Source: Camelus ferus
Lineage: Eukaryota
DNA length: 64,000 bases
Direction: 5' to 3'
Assembly (NCBI RefSeq): GCF_009834535.1
Contig: NC_045705.1
Coordinates: 64,790,001 to 64,854,000, forward strand
A model generated the notes under the pieces. It saw nothing but the letters and a program-made list of their open reading frames with translations. It was not told the origin of the DNA and searched no databases. Below are positions 35,401 through 44,080 of this stretch, in pieces. Both the position numbers and the translations under genes were made by a program. Numbering within the stretch: position 1 is the first letter of the stretch; each line of letters starts with the position of its first letter.

Positions 35401-37630
35401 TGGTGTTCAAGGAGACCACACTGTCCTACTACAAGAGCCAGGACGAGTCCCCAGGGGACCCCATTCAGCAACTCAACCTCAAGGGTGAGTGAGGGCGGCC
35501 TGGCCAAGAGAGGGGCAAGGGCAGGGGCTGGCTGGGGCCTACAGGACCACCTGTGGGCTGGTCAGGTGAATGCTGTCACTTGTTTCCTCCTGGGTGCCTG
35601 GGAGGATGCCCTCTGTCCTGAGGCTGCTGTGCGTGGCTGCCATTCACCTGGGGATCTCTCATCAGGGCTCCCTTCCTTGGCCTCCTAGTCTTCCTTCTCC
35701 CTCCAGGATGTGAGGTGGTCCCCGATGTCAACGTCTCAGGCCAGAAGTTCTGCATCAAACTCCTGGTGCCCTCCCCTGAGGGCATGAGTGAGATCTACCT
35801 GCGGTGCCAGGATGTGCGTGAGGGCCGGGCTGAGGCTGGAGTGGGAACAGGGCCAGGGCTGAGCCGGGGCCAGGGCTGGGCCAGAGCCTGGCTGGCCTCT
35901 CACCCTGCTCCTCATCTCTCCCACCCCAGGAGCAGCAGTATGCCCGCTGGATGGCCGGCTGCCGACTGGCCTCCAAGGGCCGCACCATGGCAGACAGCAG
36001 CTACTCCAGCGAGGTGCAGGCCATTCTGGCCTTCCTTAGCCTGCAGCGGACAGGCGGCGGGGGCTCGAGCAACCACCCCCAGGGCCCTGATGCCGCCACT
36101 GAAGGCCTCAACCCCTATGGCCTTGTCGCCCCCCGCTTCCAGCGGAAGTTCAAGGCCAAGCAGGTGCCAGAGGGAGTGGGTGATGGGAATGACCACAGGG
36201 TTTACCTGGCCACCCTTGGCCCCTGGATCTCCACAGAGCCCTTCTCTAGAAATGCAAGGGCTCACTGGTTCCTTCTCCCATCCATGTCCCTGAGACTGAG
36301 CGTGCTGGTCCCCATCCTCTGGGATGGGTCATGGTCCAGCTGCCCATGTCCACCTCAGGACAGGGCTCAGCTCACATTTGCTGAATGGTGAGAGCGTGCC
36401 CTCAGGTGGCCCCACCCTGACACCGCCCCTGCCCTAGGCTCCGTACACCCTGTCTCCCTGATGTGGACAGGCAGGGGGTCTCAGGGACTTTGGCAGCCCC
36501 TCACCAGCGTGGTCCCGCAGCTCACCCCACGGATCCTGGAAGCCCACCAGAACGTGGCCCAACTCTCGCTGTCAGAGGCCCAGCTGCGCTTCATCCAGGC
36601 CTGGCAGTCCCTGCCCGACTTTGGCATCTCTTATGTCGTGGTCAGGTACAAGCCCCACCCCAGCCCGCTCTGCCCTCCCCTGCCACCTGGGAGGTGTCAC
36701 CCTGAGGCCTTCCTTCCTGTCCTCTGTTGGAAGACCTTACTGAGGACACTCTGTGTGCAGCCCCCTCCATCCTGTACCTGCACAGCAAACAAGAGAGATC
36801 AGGCCAGGAGAACAGGAGACCCAGCACCCATCCCAGACCCTCTTTGGACCTTGGGTAGCTGGTCTGAGGGACAGGGCCATGGGTGGCTGCTATGACAGGG
36901 ACTGCCCCCTTTGATGGCCTGTTTTCCAAGCCTGCAAAGATAGGAGCAAATAGACGATGCTGATATCAAAAAAAGTCACTATTTAAAAGGCATGGACTAT
37001 TTGCCTGTCGCTGCTAAATGCTATCACAGTGATTATTTCAATGAACTCCCATTTTCCAGATGAGGAACTTGAGGCCCAGAGAACTTAAATGACTTACTTG
37101 CAAGCTTGCTCCTGCGCTGCACCAGGCTGTCTGGGCAGGATCTGGGGCCATGCAGGGTGGGGCCCTGCCTCACACTCTCTCCCCTTGGGCACCAGGTTCA
37201 AGGGCAGCAGGAAAGATGAGATCCTGGGCATTGCCAACAACCGACTGATCCGCATTGACTTGGCCGTGGGCGATGTGGTCAAGACCTGGCGCTTCAGCAA
37301 CATGCGCCAGTGGAATGTCAACTGGGACATCCGGCAGGTGGGCCCGGAGTGAGGGCGGAGGGAGGGACAGGGGGCTGGCCAAACCCAGCCAGGGCAGGGG
37401 CTGCTGCCTTAGCCCACCCCCCACCAGCCCTCTGACTGACCACCCTGCAGGTGGCCATCGAGTTTGACGAGCACATCAACGTGGCTTTCAGCTGCGTGTC
37501 TGCCAGCTGCCGCATTGTGCATGAGTACATTGGGGGCTACATTTTCTTGTCAACGCGGGAGCGGGCCCGCGGAGAGGAGCTGGACGAGGACCTCTTCCTG
37601 CAGCTCACAGGAGGCCACGAGGCCTTCTGA
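20431..37630 (+). CDS. FERMT3: Kindlin-3 (fermitin family homolog 3), 14 coding exons, 663 aa
   Basis: Exons 20431-20590, 23451-23684, 23902-24021, 24122-24290, 24533-24635, 34719-34826, 34990-35124, 35205-35254, 35360-35484, 35707-35813, 35930-36163, 36521-36645, 37196-37337, 37451-37630; total 1992 nt = 663 aa + [26 protein letters not shown]...QLTGGHEAF; F0, lysine-rich F1 loop (KKEKKKKEK), PH insert, F3 with MRQWNVNW motif. Confidence 0.99.
26848..26924 (-). mobile_element. Vic-1-like SINE, internally deleted
   Basis: GGTACTGGGGATTGAACC...CTACCACTGAGCTATACCC inside an L1 fragment. Confidence 0.8.
27460..27561 (-). mobile_element. Vic-1-like SINE with 12-bp TSD
   Basis: TSD CTGTGCTCTTTA at 27448-27459 and 27562-27573. 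Confidence 0.85.
27731..27946 (-). mobile_element. Vic-1-like SINE, internally deleted, long AT-rich tail
   Basis: GGTAATTAGG...GGAGGTACTGGGGATTGAACCCAGGACCTC; candidate TSD TTTGCCTTTG at 27721-27730 and 27947-27956. Confidence 0.75.
29420..29509 (-). mobile_element. Vic-1-like SINE with 16-bp TSD (one mismatch)
   Basis: CTGTTGTCCAATATCT 29404-29419 / CTGTTGTGCAATATCT 29510-29525. Confidence 0.85.
31198..31354 (+). mobile_element. Vic-1-like SINE, sense to FERMT3
   Basis: GGGTATAGCTCAGTAGTAGAG...GGGTTCAATCTCCAG, A-rich tail; candidate TSD AAATTAGAYATT 31186-31197 / 31355-31366. Confidence 0.85.
34252..34373 (-). mobile_element. Vic-1-like SINE, long-tail form, perfect 15-bp TSD
   Basis: TSD TGGAATCTATTTCCT at 34237-34251 and 34374-34388. 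Confidence 0.9.
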
Positions 37631-37981
37631 GGCCTGTCTTATTGCCCCCACCCTGCTCACCACCTGCCACGACCGCTTCCTAAACCTACACCCACTAGGA
37701 CTCAGTGCCCCCACCCTCTCCAGATATGCACTGAGCTGGCACATTCACCCACTGTCACTGGCTTTGTGCAGACCAAGGACCTGGCCGGGCCAGATTCTGC
37801 CCTCCCCAGGCTAGGAAAGGTGGGCCCTGAGCTTGTCCAGCACCCGCCCTTCCCTTGTCTGAAAGGCCAAGACCAACACCCTTGACCTAGCTGTACTTCC
37901 TGAGCACACAAGGAAGACCAGTTGCAGCTACAGGATGATGACTCATGGTTTAAGATTAGAGTTTCTTTCTTGTTACATTTT

Positions 37982-38011
37982 TTTATTTTTAAAAAAAATA
38001 AATATTTTATT
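37982..38011 (-). terminator. TRPT1 poly(A) signals
   Basis: Minus-strand AATAAA at 38006-38011 (overlaps the TAA stop) and at 37982-37987. Confidence 0.75.
37997..38002 (+). terminator. FERMT3 poly(A) signal
   Basis: AATAAA about 370 nt after the FERMT3 stop. Confidence 0.8.
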
Positions 38012-39994
38012 GTTGGGTCACCCTTCTTCCTCTGGAACTGTGCTTGGGGCCACTCTGACATTCTGTCTCTTCATTACCAGCCAAGGAGAGGGGCTTTCCT
38101 GAGATACAGATAAGAGCTGGTTAGAAGAAGGGAGACCTAAGTCAGCCTGGGGCTGGGAAGTGGGGAAGATGTGAGGCAGAGAACACAGACTTCAGGCACA
38201 AAGAAGAGGGGTGGGGTGGTGCTTCTTACGGGTAGGGCGTAGCTGCAGGGCCTCCTTGAAGTACTTGGGAAGCAGGATGCCATCAGTATTTCCTGGAGTC
38301 AGAATCACCCCATTGGCAGAGCGGAAAAAGGGGATTCCATCTTCAGACAGAGACAGAGACGTGACTTATGACCTCTCTGAAGGTCTGGGGCGGTCCCTAC
38401 TGTATCCAGACTTACCTGCCAGGGCCAGGGGCCCATTGATGAACACAGCCACTTCACAGTTTGGCCGCATGCCTATGGAGACAATGGAGCTGGGGCCTGG
38501 GGCGTGTGGGTTGCGGTTATCAAACTTAGGCAGGCTGGGGTCCCTGGCTCAGTGCAGGGAAGAGGAGGTGCTCCTGCATACAGGGTCTGGAGTGGCCCTA
38601 GACAAGGGAGGTGATGACACTTGGAGGGGGATCTGGGAGGACAGATTGGGTGGGAGTAGTTGGTGGGGTGGGCACTGACCACTGATGACACCAGGGTCCC
38701 CAGGCAGTCCCGGGGCCAGGTGTATGTGTGCCCTTCCCCGGCAGGACAGGCCCTTGATCAGGATGGATGGCCAGTGCCGCCAGAATGTGCCATGGACGAG
38801 CATCAAGGGCAGGGCCTGTGGGGTCTCCAGGGGCATCAGCTCCAACTCAGGTACCTGGGATGGGTGGGGGAATTGGCAGCAGTGAGAACCCCTCACCAGC
38901 AGAGATCCTGCCTGGTTCTCCCACTTGTCCCCTTAGCCCCCACCTGCAGGGAGTGGCCCTGATTGGCCCGGATGAGAAGGCCAATGCCGAGGTCCCCTGG
39001 CTGCAGGGCGAACCGCTGCTTCCCATTGGTGTCCACCACGCGCTGTACATCTTCAGCTGAGAAGCTGCAGAACTGGGGCAGCTGCAGGAGGGCACCCAGG
39101 GGCACAAAGCCATCTGCAGGTGGGCAGGGTGGTCAGGAGCCGAACTTGCTCTGGCCTGGGCCAGAATTAACAGTGGGAGCCACAGGCAACAAGAATAGAG
39201 CCTATGTGACCTTTAGAAAGTCTCCCCTTTCTGGGCCTCAATTTTCTCAACTGGCATGGGAATAGGATCTGTCTCGAGGGTCACCAAGATAAAGCACAGT
39301 GCCCGGCCCAGAGTGGACACTCAGTAAACATCAGTTGCCCCAACAGACCCCAGTGCCCACTCTTGGGATAAGTGTTCATTGGGCCACTGAGCGGGAGGTA
39401 TCATCAAGCTCGGCCCAGATAGAGGCTCCTCTCCCAGTCTGCACTGGATGTGATACTGGGCTATGGGTCTAGGTCTTCCCTGTACATGGAAGGGATGTGC
39501 CTTGGGTGCCATCCCCATAGGGCCATGGTGGGAGCTACAGGGGAAGGCAGTCACAGATAGGCTCACACTCTCCCTGGGTTCCAATCACTCCTAGGCCCAG
39601 CCTTCACGATGCTCACTTACCAGCTCCCATGGGAAGCCCCAGTTTCAAGGCCCCGTGGCGCAGGGTGTAGGACAGAGCCTTGGATAATTGTACATCTCGG
39701 TCCTGAAAGAGCCCAGAGGTGGCCCCTAGTCCCCATGGTGATCCTGCCCTACTTCTCACCCTGAACTCTGAGTGACCCCCTGCAGATGGAGACCAGAGGG
39801 AGAGGAGGCCCTGTGCTCCAGGGAATAGTACGACCCATCAGGCCCCACTCCCATCCCAGGGCTGAGTTCCCCTCTCCAATCCTCCTACCACGGGAGCTGG
39901 AGTGAGGGTGGGAAAAGCACACCTGTTCACGGGGTTTGTGAGCCCTTCTCCTGGGCCCTGCTGCTTCCTGCCTCCTTCCTCCAGAGGAGTTCAT
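38007..39994 (-). CDS. TRPT1: tRNA 2'-phosphotransferase 1 (Tpt1/KptA family), 7 coding exons, 252 aa
   Basis: Minus-strand exons 39923-39994, 39621-39702, 38944-39113, 38680-38854, 38416-38472, 38230-38340, 38007-38098; total 759 nt. MNSSGGRRQEAAG...DVQLSKALSYTLRHG...KQRF...IRANQGHS...HGT...HIHL...GMR...SANGVILT...VTQQ*; Tpt1 motifs intact. Confidence 0.98.
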
Positions 39995-40289
39995 GGCCAA
40001 GACCTGTGGGGAGCAGTGACATGTGAGGACTGTTAAGGACCTTCCCATACCCCCACTCTGCCCAGAAAGTCACAAAGCCTCCGAATGTGACAGCTGGATA
40101 TTCAGGTCAATAAATTCACTTCCCACCCACAACTCCCTGGTGCGGAGAGGTAAACTGAGGCCCAGCAGGCAAGACTTGCCCAAGATCACACTGTGTCAGC
40201 CACGGGGCCGAAGGCCCAGGGAAGCCGAGCCCCCGAGCTCCAGGCTCCGGAAGGCAGGCCCAGGGAGGCGGAATCAGCGTCCCGGCTAA

Positions 40290-40495
40290 CGAGGCGGAAG
40301 CGTGAAGGCTGGCCAAAGTAGTTAGAGACGGAAGGAGGAGGGAAGAGCAGGACTACCAACGCCGGGTGCGGACGGCTGACACCCTCCGCCGGGCCGGAGC
40401 GCCGGAACCGGCCAATGAAAAGCCGAGGAAGAAGGGGGCGGGCACTTCCGCTGCGGGGGAAAGGGGAGGAGCCTGAGGAGAGAGTGGGCGGGTAA
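40290..40495. promoter_or_regulatory. Bidirectional CpG-rich promoter TRPT1/NUDT22
   Basis: CCAAT 40412, GC box near 40435, ETS ACTTCCG 40444, CGGAAG near 40295; head-to-head coding exons on either side. Confidence 0.8.
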
Positions 40496-40859
40496 GTGCC
40501 GGCTGGAAGCTGGAGCTTCCGGACTCCGGGAGGGGTACGGGGCCGTCGGAGGTTGGAGGAGGTTCCCATGGTTTTAGGAGGCATGGACTTTAGAGGGTGG
40601 CTGGATTCAGGACCTCTGGGTGGTAGGGATGCCCGTGAATCAGTCTCAGGGATGTCTGGCAGCAGGAGCCTCGGAGCTCTTGCTGGGATGATAAGACCCT
40701 TTACTGCCCCGGGAGCGGTCAGTGGGGTACAGAAGGGCTGGGGGTACCCTCAGGAGGTCTCAGGCAGAGGGGGCCAGCTGCTGTGCCCAAGGGTGGCTGT
40801 AGGTCCCCTCGGGTGACAGGCCTGGCTGTGTCCTTCCCCAGAACTGTCCTGTACAGACC

Positions 40860-43154
40860 ATGGACCCTGAGGTGTCCCTGCTGCTGCAGTGCCCTCCCCG
40901 GGGGCTGCCTAAGGAGCAGGTACGGGCTGAGCTGGGCCCAGCCTACGACCGTCGCCCATTGCCAGGAGGAGACAAGGCCATCACTGCTGTCTGGGAGAGC
41001 CGGCTTCAGGCCCAGCCCTGGCTCTTTGACGCCCCGAAGTTCCGCCTGCACTCCGCCACACTGGTGCCCACTGGCTCATCAGGGCCACAGCTGCTCCTGC
41101 GCCTGGGCCTTACTTCTTATCGAGACTTCCTGGGCACCAACTGGGCCAGTTCAGCTGCCTGGCTGCGACAGCAGGGGGCCACCGATTGGGGGGATAAGCA
41201 AGCCTACCTAGCGGACCCCCTAGGGGTAGGCGCCGCACTGGTCACCGCTGACGACTTCCTTGTCTTCCTGCGCCGCTCTGGGCAGGTGGCTGAGGCACCT
41301 GGGCTGGTGGATGTTCCTGGTGGGCATCCTGAGCCTCAGGTGAGATGCCAGGTTTGGCACAAAGGTACAAAAACCCAGACAGCTCGGCTTGGTTTTCCTC
41401 ATCCATTAAAGGAGGAGTTGGCTTGGTTCTTCTCCAAAAATCTCTGCTCAGGGCAGCCTCCCCACTGAATGCTGCCCCAGACCTGTGGGAAGCTAGGGAA
41501 TTGGGGAAGGCAGGGTAGAGGACTTAGCTGGATCTCTGGTTGTCTGGAAAAGGAAGGCGTGGGTCAGGGGATCACCAAGACTCTTACTCTGTGCCCAACC
41601 AGTGAATATGGGGGATAGGAGGGCTGGAAGAGGAGAGCAGGGGCTGAGCCTGACCTCTCACAGGCCCTGTGCCCAGGTGACAGCCCCCTGCACAAGGACC
41701 TCCCTGGGGAGCTGGTGGTGCATGAGCTCTTTTCCAGTGTCCTCCAGGAGATCTGTGATGAGGTGAGTGAGGGGCGACCCTGACAGGGTGGTAGACGAGG
41801 GAGGGCATAGAACATGCCAGAATTCCACAGATCTGGGCTGGCGGAAGGATCTGCAGGCATCTGGCTTTGAGCAAAGAGCTTGGCTTTGCAGCTCAGCACA
41901 CTTGAAGTGGGTCTGTAGCCCTCATTTCTTTTGTTTGTTTGCTTTTGGGAGGGGAGGTAATTAGGTTTATTTACTTATTTTATTATTATTATTGTTATTA
42001 TTATTATTTTATTTGATGGAGGTACTGGGGATTGAACCCATGACCTTGTGCATGCTAGGCACGTGCTCTACCACTGAGCTATACCCTCCCCGCTCTTGCC
42101 CTCATTTCTGTGTGCCTCAAGGTCTCCCTCTTTACAATGTGAGCAATAATAGATGTCTTGCCTACTACCCCCAGGTTTGTTGAAAAGAGGAATAAATGAG
42201 AGTCCGGGTTACTAAATCCACTTCCCTTGGGTGACCTTGGCGAATTGTTCAATGTCTCAGGGGTTTTGGTTTTCCCATGTAAAATGAACATGCCTGAGAT
42301 CTGACATTCTGTGATTCTGGGCACTTGAACTACAAACTGTAAGATGCTGTACAGGGGTAACATGCTGTTCTTCATTGAGAGGGGAAGAGATGTAGGCAGT
42401 GGGCATTGACAGGTGGTACCCCTGGCTCCAGGTGAACCTGCCACTGCTCACCCTGAGCCAGCCACTGTTATTGGGCATTGCCAGCAATGAGACTAGTGCC
42501 GGCCGTGCCAGTGCCGAGTTCTACGTCCAGTGAGTGAGCTCTGGGGAACATTGTCCTGGGTCCTGGGGTAGGTGGGTGGTTGAGGGGCTAGGGCCCCACA
42601 GGGGCTCTCTAGGGGCTAGGCATTCACCAGGCCACTCTCATGTCCTTGTCCAGGTGCAGCCTGACTTCTGAGCAGGTGAGGAAGCACTACATGAATGGGG
42701 GACCTGAGGCCCACGAATCCACAGGAATCATCTTTGTAGAGACACAGGTTTGAGGTGGCAAAGTGTGTCTCATTTGGTTAAGGAGCCTTGTGGAGGCCTG
42801 GTGATGCATGTCTATCTTCCTGGGCTGGGTCAGAGGGGGTCCCAAATCTCTTAGGGCTTTCCTCCAGAGTCACAAGGCTTCATTGAGGATGCCCTCAGCT
42901 CAAGGGGGAGGGCCAGGGACCTTTTCAGCCCCCTTAACATGTCTCCCCAGAGGGCTCTGAGGCCCGGGAACTGTGGAACACTTGTGAACTCAAGAACAGC
43001 CACCTCAAGAAACCTGAGGTCGTAATGTGTGGATCTCACTGTCTCCCCACAGAGTGTGCCCAGGTTGCAGGAGATGGAAATGTGGACTGAGCTCTGTCCC
43101 TCGGCCAAAGGCGCCATCTTCCTCTACAACCGGGTCCAGGGAGGTTCCACCTGA
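40860..43154 (+). CDS. NUDT22: Nudix hydrolase 22 (UDP-glucose/UDP-galactose pyrophosphatase), 5 coding exons, 290 aa
   Basis: Exons 40860-41339, 41664-41762, 42432-42529, 42654-42747, 43053-43154; total 873 nt. [12 protein letters not shown]...LFDAPKFRL...[10 protein letters not shown]...[13 protein letters not shown]...LCPSAKGA...QGGST*. Probable non-coding exon 1 donor CGG|GTAAGT at 40491/40492. Confidence 0.97.
41930..42097 (-). mobile_element. Vic-1-like SINE in a NUDT22 intron, (TTA)n-expanded tail, perfect 12-bp TSD
   Basis: TSD GCCCTCATTTCT at 41918-41929 and 42098-42109. Confidence 0.9.
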
Positions 43155-43197
43155 GTCGCCCTAGATTCCCCAGCCCTATCACCACAGCTCGGAAGAC

Positions 43198-43203
43198 AAT
43201 AAA
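43198..43203 (+). terminator. NUDT22 poly(A) signal
   Basis: AATAAA 43 nt after the stop. Confidence 0.85.
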
Positions 43204-43559
43204 GGACTTTATTCTTGGATTCCGTTGGCATCTGCTGTTTACACGAGATAGAGATGGGCGGCTGGGAGAGCCCAGGGTGGGTGAGAGAGACAGGACAAAA
43301 GACCGGGGGCGGAGGAAAAACGCCCAGCCTCAGTTTTCCCCTCTGCAAGCTGAGATGAGGGCCATTCCCCCTTGCCAGGATGTAGTGAGGTTCCAAACCG
43401 ACTGCGGGGTAGAAATTGCTTTGTGAAATGAAATACGCTGCGCTGCAGAGTGGAGTAACAGCCACGTCCGAGGGAGGAGCAACGGCGGCGGGCCGAAAGC
43501 CTCACTGAGGGTCAGGATCGGTACCGCTGCCTTACCTGGTAGTCGGTGGGTCTGGACCT

Positions 43560-43750
43560 CTTTGGGTGGGCCGGAGGTGTCAAAGGCCAATAGATTGCGG
43601 GGGCGGGGCTTCGTCGCAGATCCGCACCATGGGCGTGGCCTGGGGCGTCTAAACCAATGAAAGCATGGAGGCGGGGCCTGACTAGGCACAGGAAATGGCG
43701 GCAGGCGCGGAGTCCTTGAGAGCAGTAGGGGCGGGGCTTGGTGTGGCTCC
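43560..43750 (+). promoter_or_regulatory. DNAJC4 promoter
   Basis: CCAAT 43587 and 43654, GC boxes (GGGGCGGGG at 43600 and others), YY1-type AAATGGCGGC 43693-43702, CpG-rich. Confidence 0.75.
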
Positions 43751-44080
43751 TCCTGCCCCCGCCTCCCCAGCTCCCCGGGTGTGACGGGGGTATCTGCGTC
43801 CGGGGCTGGCTGTCCAGACACCAAGACGAGTATGGAGAAGGGCGCCGGACGCCCGGCTCAGAGCCGAGGAAAGGGCTAGGATATTGGCGTCTGGTCTTGA
43901 GCAAGGAGGCCCCACCCGCTCCTGGGTTCCCCGGACCTGCTTGTTTTCCTTCGCAAGTAATCGAGGCCAGGCCCTTTCCCTCTGCCCACGCACCTCCCCG
44001 AGTGCTTGAAGTCTGGTCCCATCCTGTTCCCATCTCACTCCTTTTTGTGGCCTCCTTTCACCAGCTGTCCGCCTGCCGCC

